A stretch of DNA of 50,865 bases from Candidatus Hermodarchaeota archaeon (GTDB taxonomy: Archaea > Asgardarchaeota > Thorarchaeia > Thorarchaeales > Thorarchaeaceae): contig JBHLLF010000020.1 of assembly GCA_048885865.1 (NCBI GenBank), positions 1-50,865 on the forward strand. Direction: 5' to 3'. The notes beneath the pieces were generated by a model, which saw only the letters and a list, made by a program, of their open reading frames with translations, made no database searches and was not told the DNA's origin. The position numbers were made by a program, and so were the translations under genes. The first letter of the stretch is position 1. The number at the start of each line of letters is the position of its first letter. Positions 9,095 through 18,563 of the stretch are shown piece after piece.

Positions 9095-9568
9095 ATGGCA
9101 AAAGTCGAAAATCCATTATTCGTAAGTCTTTATGCTCAGTGGGTTGAAAGAGTCCTATCAGAAACCAGCAACATAGATGAGGCTAATCAACGGCTTCGCG
9201 ACATGGGAAGGGAGATGGGGTCTCATCTTTACCTTACAACTGAGATCGCATCAAAGACAAAAGATACAGTGATGACCCGTGAGGATGTTGCGAAGCTCAT
9301 AGATGGCATCTACAGGTTGCTTTTTGATCGGAAGCCCACTGATGTGGACATGAAATCCGCACGGGGCTCTATAAGAGTCGCTGATAGGGATTGCATTTGG
9401 TGCCAAGAAATCACGCTAGAGGGAATGAGAGGATTTGGTTATTGCGAGGCGTTCAGCGGCATTCTAGAGGTAATCCTAGAGTTCAAGGGTGTTGATGCCA
9501 AGGTCTTCCAAGAGCTATGCAAAGCCACTGGAGCTGATAATTGCACCTGGAACATACGTCTTGTCTAG
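9095..9568 (+). CDS. V4R / TRAPP-Bet3-like domain protein
   Basis: LRDMGREMG; CIWC...YCEAFSGILE...ELCKATGADNC. Confidence 0.8.
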   Translation: MAKVENPLFVSLYAQWVERVLSETSNIDEANQRLRDMGREMGSHLYLTTEIASKTKDTVMTREDVAKLIDGIYRLLFDRKPTDVDMKSARGSIRVADRDCIWCQEITLEGMRGFGYCEAFSGILEVILEFKGVDAKVFQELCKATGADNCTWNIRLV

Positions 9569-9628
9569 TAAGCCGTAGCAAAGCACTTAACACCGCCCTT
9601 GCGTTTCTCCACCTTCGGAGACTCTACA

Positions 9629-10177
9629 ATGTCCAAACGAGATCCTGTTATTCCTTGGTGGCAAAGCCGAGTCAAAGAGAAAGACTTGATGAGAGCGTTC
9701 TTCGCTAAGACATGGAATAAGCTCGGAAATCGCATAGAGGTAATGTTCCCTGATCGTGTCAGAGATCTCTATTACAGCGCTGGACGACTGGCTGGTCTGG
9801 AGGCGCAGCGTGAGTATTTCAAAGTTGCAAATCAAAAGCCTCCAGGCGATTTCAAGGGAATTGTTGAGTTTCTCAAAATGGCTCTTAAGACACTGATTGT
9901 GCCATTTGGCGACGTTGAGATTGAGAACCTGTACAAGCTGTTCCTTGACGAGGAGGCGATTGTTCGAATTCAAGACAATCCCTATGCATCTGGGTATGAG
10001 GCGGAAGAACCATCATGCTACTTCCTCAGAGGATTCATAGAAGCCGTGATGGAGTACCTGACTGACTACAACAGAATGGGGCATGAAAAGCTAATCATTG
10101 TGGAAGACACATGCATGTCTGCCAAGGGTGATGCCTGCAGGTTCAAAATAACCCTCACCTATCCTGCACGTGGATAA
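9629..10177 (+). CDS. V4R domain protein
   Basis: LYYSAGRLAG; PFG; PSCYFLRGFIEA...EDTCMSAKGDACRF. Confidence 0.8.
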   Translation: MSKRDPVIPWWQSRVKEKDLMRAFFAKTWNKLGNRIEVMFPDRVRDLYYSAGRLAGLEAQREYFKVANQKPPGDFKGIVEFLKMALKTLIVPFGDVEIENLYKLFLDEEAIVRIQDNPYASGYEAEEPSCYFLRGFIEAVMEYLTDYNRMGHEKLIIVEDTCMSAKGDACRFKITLTYPARG

Positions 10178-10259
10178 GTTCAAAAATAGTACGTTCCTTA
10201 ATCATTCCAATCGCTTAATTGATATAGATAGACACTTTATTCCAGGCGGAAGATTGACA

Positions 10260-11057
10260 ATGGGCTCAAAGACTTTAAGGAACTTCATAGTAGGACTGTC
10301 CTTCCTTCTCCTTGCGACAAGTCTGACTGGCTTAGTTCTCTCTGGATTTGGCCCAACTAGCACTCAAGTCATTGCTCAGGAGGTTTCTGATTCCTCTGCA
10401 GTGCCAGTTATGGACATTCAAGCCAGCGTGCAATGGTTGCACAATACTTCAACTGTTGATTTCTTTATGAGTTCGTTGTTGTCTGAAATTGGTACCTCAG
10501 TCGTTCCAATTGATTATCTATCCAGCTCATTATTGCCGGGATCCTTCGTCTTGGCATTAGGTACTATCTCCCTTGAAAGAAGAGACCAAGAACGGTTAGA
10601 GAAACTACGTGATCGTGTTATTGATGAAATCTCTACATATCCCGGTATTCACCTTAGAGAACTACACAGAAGCATTGGGTGTGCAATGGGAGCTCTTCAA
10701 TACCATCTAAACAATCTTGAGAATGAAGGCATGATAGTTTCAGTTAGGAATGGCAATTCCAGGCATTTGTTCCTCAAAGACTATTCCTCAGAGAATCATG
10801 TGTTGCGATTGACTGCATTCTCTAGGAATCCAACCATTCATTCCATCTTGATAGAATGTGCTAGCAACGGAAGAATTACCCAAGCAGAACTGAGTAGAAC
10901 CCTCTCGGTTGACAAGAGCCTCGTTAGTTATTATGTTAGTGGACTTGTTGATGCAGATATCCTCAGAACTATTCGTGTCTTTGGACGGGAGAAACCCCTC
11001 ATCCTCAGTGATTGGGCTCGCAATTCGATAGACTCTCTAGGCCTACTAGTACAGTAG
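10260..11057 (+). CDS. Membrane-anchored tandem winged-helix transcriptional regulator
   Basis: N-terminal TM; R..I...I..YPGIHLREL...GALQYHL..LE wHTH; second wHTH (TQAELSR.L...SLVSYY). Confidence 0.75.
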   Translation: MGSKTLRNFIVGLSFLLLATSLTGLVLSGFGPTSTQVIAQEVSDSSAVPVMDIQASVQWLHNTSTVDFFMSSLLSEIGTSVVPIDYLSSSLLPGSFVLALGTISLERRDQERLEKLRDRVIDEISTYPGIHLRELHRSIGCAMGALQYHLNNLENEGMIVSVRNGNSRHLFLKDYSSENHVLRLTAFSRNPTIHSILIECASNGRITQAELSRTLSVDKSLVSYYVSGLVDADILRTIRVFGREKPLILSDWARNSIDSLGLLVQ

Positions 11058-11156
11058 TTGAAGTACCTCTAGATTTATCTTTCAACCAGAGCTGACTTGA
11101 GATGAGGTCAGAATGATCTCGCATAGTATCAGATTGGCACAGGAGAGGCCTTACAT

Positions 11157-11906
11157 ATGTCAGATGATGATGCCTGGGTAGCAGATGAAACCTACGACAC
11201 AGTTGAAACCGTAAGCAGCGACGGAGTCAAGTTTGCAGTGCGGCTCCTAGATGTATCGAGAAGATACTCATTGGGGCGACGAGAAATCACCGCTCTCAAC
11301 AGGGTCACACTCGAAGTTGGGATGGGGGATTTTGTAGCAATTACAGGAGCATCAGGATCAGGCAAGACGACTCTCCTCAACATCATCGGTGCGATAGACT
11401 ATGCAACAGAGGGTCGAGTCTTTGTTATGGATGTTCCAATAGGTGATTATGATGAGTCATTCAGGGCAACTTTTCGCCTCTCGAATACTGGCTTCATATT
11501 TCAGAGCTATAATCTGATTTCGACCCTCACTGCACTCGAGAATGTCATGTTCCCAATGCAATTGACTGACAAGAGTCTGGAGGAGATTCAAAATGACTCA
11601 CTTAAACTGCTCGAGAGAGTATGGCTTGAAGAAAGGACTGATCATCTTCCATGGCAATTAAGCTCGGGTGAACAGCAGAGGGTCGCAATTGCCAGAGCTA
11701 TGGCGAATGACCCTCCAATAATCTTAGCTGACGAACCAACAGCTAATCTGGACACAGAGAGTGCAAAGATGGTACGTGACCTTCTGCAAATATTGCATCA
11801 GTCTGGTAAGGCGGTGGTTGTGATGACGCATGACAATGCTATCGTCAGAACGAAAGGAGCTCGTCATCTCACTATGAACAATGGAGTGCTGTCCTTTAAT
11901 GTCTGA
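11157..11906 (+). CDS. ABC transporter ATP-binding protein (LolD/MacB type)
   Basis: GASGSGKT, LSSGEQQRVAIARA, LADEPT, TH motifs. Confidence 0.92.
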   Translation: MSDDDAWVADETYDTVETVSSDGVKFAVRLLDVSRRYSLGRREITALNRVTLEVGMGDFVAITGASGSGKTTLLNIIGAIDYATEGRVFVMDVPIGDYDESFRATFRLSNTGFIFQSYNLISTLTALENVMFPMQLTDKSLEEIQNDSLKLLERVWLEERTDHLPWQLSSGEQQRVAIARAMANDPPIILADEPTANLDTESAKMVRDLLQILHQSGKAVVVMTHDNAIVRTKGARHLTMNNGVLSFNV

Positions 11907-13752
11907 GCAAGACTATGCATCAAGGGACCTGAAACGACGCCCCTTCAGGACTACTCTTGTCTTTGCATCTTTGACAACAGTAGTTGCCACAACTACATTC
12001 CTTCTTCTTTTTGGCAATGCTTTGCTTGACGTGACCTCCATTATCACTTCAGGAGGGACCACTGGTGCGTTTGCAATCTTCTTCGAAACCTTCATCTGGG
12101 CGACGCTGTTGCTGGCTCTATCACTTGGTGTCGTTGTAGTATCCAGCACAATTTCTCTGGAAGTTGTCACACGACGCAAGGACATCGGGCTCATGAAATC
12201 AATTGGTACGCTGATGGACACTATTTTCGATCACTTCATGGCTCAGGCCTTGATTCTTCTTGGAACCAGTGTGATAGTTGGTATTGCTGTAGGCGCAATA
12301 CTTTACATTCTTGGTTTGGCGTGGCTTGCATCACTTATCCCAACTCTCAGCTTCTCTTTGGACTTCCCATGGCTCCAAGTCCTCGCATATGCAGCAATCT
12401 ATCTTATCATCGGTTTCTTTGCTGCACAGAAGCCAATCTATGATACCGTCCATGAATCACCAATAGCCGCACTGAATCCTGAGATTGGGTCTAAGGTCCG
12501 AAGAGCGGGCTATCTTGACACCTTTGGATTGCCTTTTCGGATAGCTACTAAGGCTACAGGGCGTAGAATTGGAGGCTCTGGTCGTACATTGCTCAGTCTA
12601 TTTCTGAGTATATCATTGGCATCTATGCTATGGATTGGCGGCGGTGTAGTAGAATCAACTACTGATGCATATATCATTAGATCAATGGGTTCGGATGTTG
12701 TAGCTATTGGAGATCCTGCCTTATTGGACCAATACTTTGGTGCATATTCTCTCACTGGAGGCGAACTGTTGGACGAGTCGTTTGACTACATGGATAGTTC
12801 CTTCATGATTCCCTCAAATCTCATTGGAAATGTGACCGAGCTGCCGGGTGTCGTAACGGTGGACACACGGTTGTTATCATATGCAAACATCCGTGAGGGC
12901 CCTGGCATCATATGGAATCCCACTTTCGAGCAGTATGAAAGCATTGGCCAAGGGCGTCAAGGCACCGCATTGATTGTAGGTCTTCATTGGGAATCCACGG
13001 TGTCAAACTGGTTCTTCGATGGTCAGGAAGTCAGTTCAGACCTAGATGTATGGATTGGTGGTCAGATTGCCGCAACAATGTATGATGACCCTCTTGTGCA
13101 AAAGCTGGAAGTCAGTGGCTCGTCGTTCAATGTCAGTGCCGTTGCCTTTGATATTCTGAATGGTGGAGAAGTAGCTTTTATGGACTTGGAACTGATGAAG
13201 GCCCTTTTTGGTGCCTCAGGGGCAAATCTCGTCTTGGTTCAACTTGAAAGATATGATTCTACAACAATCGCTCAGATTGAGAGTCTTGTGCATGATTATG
13301 GATTTGAAATCTACCTTCAACAAGCCCTCCTAGAAGAAAACCTAGAAACGATTGGTGCATTCTGGTTGTTGCTTCAACCACTCCCAGTAATGGCATTGCT
13401 GAGCGCATTTCTGAGTCTGATGAATTACCTGCTTGTTTCCGTATTTGGCAGGCTGCGTGACTACATTATAATGAAATCAATTGGCGCAAAACCGTCATTT
13501 ATCGTTAGAGTCATGATTGCTGAGGGCACTGATATTGGAATGAAGTCAGGGATTCCAGCAGTGTTTGTAGCGACCCTCTTCAGCATATACTTCCTGATTC
13601 CTGAAGCAGCGGTTCCCTCTCTACTCTATCTACCAATCGCTATGGTCACAACACTTGTTGCTCTTCTGATAGTCGTAGTGCTGGCTGCAGTCCCAGTATA
13701 CATCCTGTTCCAGAGTAAATCAGAACTTCGTGTCACTGAGTTCTCTGTCTAG
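11899..13752 (+). CDS. ABC transporter permease (FtsX/MacB-like, duplicated)
   Basis: Two R..DIG.MKSIG-type FtsX motifs, multiple TMs, large extracellular loop. Confidence 0.85.
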   Translation: MSEQDYASRDLKRRPFRTTLVFASLTTVVATTTFLLLFGNALLDVTSIITSGGTTGAFAIFFETFIWATLLLALSLGVVVVSSTISLEVVTRRKDIGLMKSIGTLMDTIFDHFMAQALILLGTSVIVGIAVGAILYILGLAWLASLIPTLSFSLDFPWLQVLAYAAIYLIIGFFAAQKPIYDTVHESPIAALNPEIGSKVRRAGYLDTFGLPFRIATKATGRRIGGSGRTLLSLFLSISLASMLWIGGGVVESTTDAYIIRSMGSDVVAIGDPALLDQYFGAYSLTGGELLDESFDYMDSSFMIPSNLIGNVTELPGVVTVDTRLLSYANIREGPGIIWNPTFEQYESIGQGRQGTALIVGLHWESTVSNWFFDGQEVSSDLDVWIGGQIAATMYDDPLVQKLEVSGSSFNVSAVAFDILNGGEVAFMDLELMKALFGASGANLVLVQLERYDSTTIAQIESLVHDYGFEIYLQQALLEENLETIGAFWLLLQPLPVMALLSAFLSLMNYLLVSVFGRLRDYIIMKSIGAKPSFIVRVMIAEGTDIGMKSGIPAVFVATLFSIYFLIPEAAVPSLLYLPIAMVTTLVALLIVVVLAAVPVYILFQSKSELRVTEFSV

Positions 13753-13800
13753 AGCAATCTTCTTTAGCACAGGCCCGAGGGTGAAGGTGGTGACAGTCAG

Positions 13801-15468
13801 GTGTCCAATGATGATCCAGATGAGGAATACAGCATTCACTGGATAAGTGATGTAGTCGACACTGTTCTAGAGCGCGAAGTTGAAGAGTACTTGGTTTCTA
13901 CCGGGAAGAGCATAAGTGGTAGCATTCCCATTAGCTTCGTCCGCGAGCTCATAATAGCTGATGTCATCAAGCGAAAACTCATAGAAGCTGGAAAGAAGGC
14001 TAGGACTCTCTTTGTGGCCGATGACTATGATCCTGTGCGCTCATTTCCCGCAAGTGTGTCACTCCCTCTTGAAGATTGGCTAGGAATACCATATTCTCAG
14101 GTTCCTGATGAGTTCGGTTGTTGTGAGAGTTTCGCTGCTCATGCAGCCAATGAGTTCATAGAAACATTTCCACAATTCGGCGTTAATCCAGAAGTGATAT
14201 GGCAAAGTAAACTATACGAAACTCCGGAAATGCTGGAAGCCATTAGGTTGTGCTTGAAGAACACGGAAACCATTCGCGAGATACTCATCGAATATGTAGC
14301 CAGTGATTTCAATGATGAACAAAAAGCAGACTATGTCGAATCTATGAAGAATTGGTATCCTGCCTCAGTGTTCTGCCCCTCCTGTGGACGCATTCAGGCA
14401 GGTGCGAAGGGGGAAATAGTTGTTAATAGAATCACAGACTATAATCCTGCTACTGACAAGGCATCCTTTTCTTGTCCCTCGTGCGGTCACAGTGATGAAG
14501 TGCCTCTTGATGGACTTCGAGTAAAGCTCTCTTGGCGAATTGATTGGCCAGCTAAATGGTACGTGCTAAACGTTACATGTGAGCCTGCTGGAAAAGACCA
14601 CTCTGTAAAAGGTGGTTCCTTCGACACTGGTCTAGAGATATCTCGACGAGTCTTTGGTTGGGAGGGCCCTGTAAAAGTTCCTTTTGAGTGGGTGCGAATT
14701 GGTGGACGCGATATGTCAACATCTGAAGGGATTGTATTCAGTCCAAAAGTCTGGTTATCAATCGCGCCTCCTGAGCTTTATCGATATATCGTGCTACGAC
14801 CACCTCTTGAGAGAGCAATTGACTTGCAGCCTGAACGAATTCCTGACTTGGTGGATGAGTTTGATAGATTAGAGAGAGCTTACTATGGTCTTGAGGAAAC
14901 TACTGAAGAGCGAGCCGAATACATTCAGCTATTGTACCCTCTGTGTCTTGCTGGGGATGTTCCAGGGAAATATATTCCAAAACTACCATTCAAATTCGCA
15001 GTCATAACCTCACAGATGGAGGATATTCTTGGGTCTACGACTATTCTCGAGCGATGCGAGCAAGTACTCAAGAAGCAGTATGGACTCGATACTGTGCCTC
15101 CTGAAGCAAAAGGGCTCATTCCAATCAGACTGCATCAAGCAAAGACTTGGGCCCATGAGTATGGAACTGAACGTGACAAGGTTGAGGTTTCAGAATCGGT
15201 GCCTAAGGAAATTAGCGATACTATTACTGAGAATGACCGCGAATTTCTCCGGAAGTTTTCCGAGGTCTTGAAAGGCGAGCCTCTTGACGATGAGGAAATG
15301 CAGAGCAAGGTCTTTGAGACCGCTCGTTCAGTGGGCCTAAAAGACAAGAGAGCATTTGTCGTCCTCTATAGGGTTCTGATATCCCGAAAGTCAGGTCCAA
15401 GATTGGGCGGCTTCTTGAACTTGCTTGGTAATGAGTGGGTTCTCAATCGCATTACGAGTGTACTTTAA
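13801..15468 (+). CDS. lysS: Class I lysyl-tRNA synthetase (signature motifs atypical)
   Basis: HW, DDYDP, KLSWRIDWPAKW, EPAGKDH and SGPRLG motifs; HIGH region reads PISF and KMSKS region reads DMSTSEG. Confidence 0.85.
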   Translation: MSNDDPDEEYSIHWISDVVDTVLEREVEEYLVSTGKSISGSIPISFVRELIIADVIKRKLIEAGKKARTLFVADDYDPVRSFPASVSLPLEDWLGIPYSQVPDEFGCCESFAAHAANEFIETFPQFGVNPEVIWQSKLYETPEMLEAIRLCLKNTETIREILIEYVASDFNDEQKADYVESMKNWYPASVFCPSCGRIQAGAKGEIVVNRITDYNPATDKASFSCPSCGHSDEVPLDGLRVKLSWRIDWPAKWYVLNVTCEPAGKDHSVKGGSFDTGLEISRRVFGWEGPVKVPFEWVRIGGRDMSTSEGIVFSPKVWLSIAPPELYRYIVLRPPLERAIDLQPERIPDLVDEFDRLERAYYGLEETTEERAEYIQLLYPLCLAGDVPGKYIPKLPFKFAVITSQMEDILGSTTILERCEQVLKKQYGLDTVPPEAKGLIPIRLHQAKTWAHEYGTERDKVEVSESVPKEISDTITENDREFLRKFSEVLKGEPLDDEEMQSKVFETARSVGLKDKRAFVVLYRVLISRKSGPRLGGFLNLLGNEWVLNRITSVL

Positions 15469-15542
15469 GCACTCCACAACACGTTTATTAACGCAAGTCA
15501 AGTCGGCGAAGCCCGACCCCAAATCCTGGAAATGTGAAGCTC

Positions 15543-16262
15543 ATGCTTGGAAAATTGAGAGAGAGATATCAGAAAGTCATGATGCCGGTGGGAAGACTAT
15601 TAGCTAGGACTGGAATTACTCCTAATGTGATAACTGGACTCACCGTGCTAGTTGCTCTGGTAAGTGCATACTTTTTCTTCTTGGGTGATCTCATAGGAGG
15701 CTTTCTTCTCATGGTCCTCACTGTCATTATGGATATGCTTGATGGAGCAGTAGCCCGTGCGGCAAATCTGATGACTAAGTTCGGGGCAACATTCGATCAT
15801 ACTCTTGACAGATATGCTGAATTTCTCTTCATCCTAGGATTGATGATGGGGCCCACAGTCATGACACCAGTCGCCTGGTGGATAATAACACCAAATGAGA
15901 GCTATCTCCCATGGTTCTGGGGCGTGTTCTCATTATTCGGAATGATCATGGCGAGCTTTTCGAGAGCCAAAGCCGAGTCGGTCGGAGGAATGGAGAGCTG
16001 CTCGGTCGGAATAGCAGAGAGACAGGAGAAGCTAATCCTGACTTTCGCAGGGATACTCCTTCTGGCTCTACCTTCCACAAATATCTGGCTTGAATTCTTG
16101 GCCTTTCTACCTGCTGGTGTTATGGATCTGTTTGTCACAGCTGGAATAACGAACATCCTTACATTGTGTGTTGTAATCGTTGGAATATTATCACACATTA
16201 CTGTAGTTCAGCGGCTGGCATATGCACGGAAAGTCATCCTACAAATGGAAGGTGAAGACTGA
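15543..16262 (+). CDS. CDP-alcohol phosphatidyltransferase (archaetidylinositol-phosphate synthase-like)
   Basis: TPN.IT; DMLDGAVARA...FGA.FD..LDR motif. Confidence 0.88.
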   Translation: MLGKLRERYQKVMMPVGRLLARTGITPNVITGLTVLVALVSAYFFFLGDLIGGFLLMVLTVIMDMLDGAVARAANLMTKFGATFDHTLDRYAEFLFILGLMMGPTVMTPVAWWIITPNESYLPWFWGVFSLFGMIMASFSRAKAESVGGMESCSVGIAERQEKLILTFAGILLLALPSTNIWLEFLAFLPAGVMDLFVTAGITNILTLCVVIVGILSHITVVQRLAYARKVILQMEGED

Positions 16263-16266
16263 TCCA

Positions 16267-17157
16267 ATGTATGACATTGTCGTGATTGGAAATCCGGCTT
16301 ATTACGAGGGCAAATCCATAAGACTCGCAAGTGGAGCTGTATATGCCGCAGTCGTGGCAGCGAAGCTGGGCGTAGGGAATGTTGCATTGGTCGGAACTGT
16401 TGGTAGTGAGCTACGTAGTGAGGCAACAGACGTCCTAGACAAGCACGAAATCGAGTTCTTCTTGACCGACTCTGCTGAAACCAGTAGATTTCAAGTCGCT
16501 CTAGACCTAGAAGGAAGCAAATTCGCGAACTTGGTCGGAACAAAGAGCGAAATAGGAATTCGCGATATTCCGGATGAATTCCTCCATGCAAAGATGATTC
16601 TGCTAAGCCCCGTGCTTCGTGAGATTCACGTTGAATTTATTGAGTGGCTCCATGAATCTTCAGATTCAGTCATTCTTCTCGACCCCCGATTTAGGAGAGT
16701 TAACGAAGACAATCGAGTCCGGCTCATGGGGAATCATCGCGTAGCAGAGGAAATACTGGACCTCATTGATGTTGTGAAGCCAAATCGCTTAGAGTCCAAG
16801 ATATTGACTGGTGAAGATGATCCTTTTCTGGCTGCTGAGATGCTGGTTGAATCTGGGTCGGAATTAGGAATAGTCACGCTTTCGGATGAAGGTAGCATTG
16901 TATTCGATGGGATGGATTTCTACCGGATTCCTGCATACAAGATTAATACAGCGAATGGTACTGGTGCAGGTGATTCATATCTGTCTGCTTTTGCCGCAAA
17001 GATGCTAGAAGAGCGTTCAATTGCTGAATGCGGAGCCTTTGCCTCAGCTGTTGCTAGTATTGTTGTTGAGTCCTCACGGGGTACAGATTTCAGACTTGAT
17101 AGCGAAGTTGTTCAACGAAGAACCATGCAACTGCTTGAGGAAACCACTATTCGCTAA
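16267..17157 (+). CDS. PfkB-family carbohydrate kinase
   Basis: KPNRLE and GTGAGDSY motifs. Confidence 0.85.
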   Translation: MYDIVVIGNPAYYEGKSIRLASGAVYAAVVAAKLGVGNVALVGTVGSELRSEATDVLDKHEIEFFLTDSAETSRFQVALDLEGSKFANLVGTKSEIGIRDIPDEFLHAKMILLSPVLREIHVEFIEWLHESSDSVILLDPRFRRVNEDNRVRLMGNHRVAEEILDLIDVVKPNRLESKILTGEDDPFLAAEMLVESGSELGIVTLSDEGSIVFDGMDFYRIPAYKINTANGTGAGDSYLSAFAAKMLEERSIAECGAFASAVASIVVESSRGTDFRLDSEVVQRRTMQLLEETTIR

Positions 17158-17508
17158 TTATTCGGTGATATCAAATACCCTTGATATCGTTGAAGAGAGG
17201 AAATCTCTGGCCAGCTTCATTGCTTCACTGCCTCTCTCTGTTATCTCGTAGTATTTTCTTGTTGATTCACTGGACGCTTGGCTCTTTATGAGACCGTCTC
17301 TCTGCAAACGATATATGATTGCATAGCCGCTTACTGTAGCAGGCGAAAATCCGAATCTCTTTGTTACGAGCTCCTTTATCTCATACCCGTAGTGGGGTCT
17401 TTCCTGGAGCAGTCTAAGAATGTATATCCAGAGCATCTCCTTGGTCAGTTTGTTCACTAGTCTTTCTACGGCTCTGGATTGCTTTTTGGACGTTTCACCT
17501 GACATCAT
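17158..17508 (-). CDS. PadR-family transcriptional regulator
   Basis: IL.LL..RPHYGYEI...RKYYEITERG. Confidence 0.88.
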   Translation of the reverse strand: MMSGETSKKQSRAVERLVNKLTKEMLWIYILRLLQERPHYGYEIKELVTKRFGFSPATVSGYAIIYRLQRDGLIKSQASSESTRKYYEITERGSEAMKLARDFLSSTISRVFDITE

Positions 17509-18097
17509 GAATCATCTCTTCATACATGGAAATTATCGCTGCAATGCAATGACTCGTAAGGTAGCTAGTTGTTCCTAGAGAGAGTCGATAAATGCTGTGG
17601 TCTTCAAAGACCTTCAGCGCTTCGGAATCAAATCCTCTATAGCCCCCAATAATGAAGCTGTTCTGCGCATTGAACAAGGAAGTCTTTTCTTGAGCCAATG
17701 ATTCTCCATCCTCATCTAGCACCCACAGGTGATCTTCCCCGCCGGCCAAGATTTCCGTGATAATGTCTTTCAAGGTCCTATTCTCAACACCTATGAACGG
17801 AGGGGGGTTTCCGTTCAATGCATCCTTGACTGCACCTGCCCACCAAACCTCACCTCTTGGCATCTCTGCGTTTGGGCTTTTGATTCGAAGACAAGAGGTC
17901 CTGTCATTAAGGGCGATAATCTCCAGACTAGATTTATCAAGGGTTGTTGGTCCCCAGTCGAAACAAGCGGCTAGAGAGCGGCATAGAACATCTATTCTCT
18001 TTCCTGATCCTGGTAGGTCTTTTAAATGGAAATTTCCAGCTTCAAAGATTTCTGGGATATACAAAATGAATCTCAGATGGGTTACTTGTTCCATCAT
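17495..18097 (-). CDS. trmY: tRNA (pseudouridine54-N1)-methyltransferase, SPOUT family
   Basis: F.LKDLPGSGKRIDVLCR; LDEDG; FIIG..RG; LSLG..SY.TSHCI. Confidence 0.8.
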   Translation of the reverse strand: MMEQVTHLRFILYIPEIFEAGNFHLKDLPGSGKRIDVLCRSLAACFDWGPTTLDKSSLEIIALNDRTSCLRIKSPNAEMPRGEVWWAGAVKDALNGNPPPFIGVENRTLKDIITEILAGGEDHLWVLDEDGESLAQEKTSLFNAQNSFIIGGYRGFDSEALKVFEDHSIYRLSLGTTSYLTSHCIAAIISMYEEMIHDVR

Positions 18098-18172
18098 TTG
18101 GAGAACCAGCTATTATGATGGGTCCTTTGATATTCGCGAGGCAATAATATCTGACATGTTGTGTTTGATCTA

Positions 18173-18460
18173 TTAGCGGCGGTCAGGTTTTGTTTTCCGC
18201 TCAGTTGCTTGTCGAATCTGGACCTTTCCAGAGTGCACTGCGCAGCTAACGCAGTAGTATGATGTGGTCTTGCGAGTCTGAATGAAACTCCCCTGTTGGC
18301 GGAGTTCACGTGCAAGCTGTGGATCAACAGCCGAAACCCGCTTTGTATATCTCTTGGCCTTGTCAGCTGGGACCATTCGTCCGCACTTTGAGCACTGGAC
18401 TGTCTTGGACTTTCCTGCGCTGCCCTTGCTTCTGCCACCGGATTTTCTCTTTTTACCCAA
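18173..18460 (-). CDS. rps26e: Ribosomal protein S26e
   Basis: KKRKSGGRSKG; VQCSKCGR.VP.DKA; YCVSCAVH. Confidence 0.95.
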   Translation of the reverse strand: MGKKRKSGGRSKGSAGKSKTVQCSKCGRMVPADKAKRYTKRVSAVDPQLARELRQQGSFIQTRKTTSYYCVSCAVHSGKVQIRQATERKTKPDRR

Positions 18461-18563
18461 ATATACTCACCATTGCTGGTTCTGAAATCGCCCAAGTTGC
18501 TTGGCCTTAAAACGTTGTGCATGGAACGATTCAGAAGTACCGCAAATTAGCTACACACTTTCA

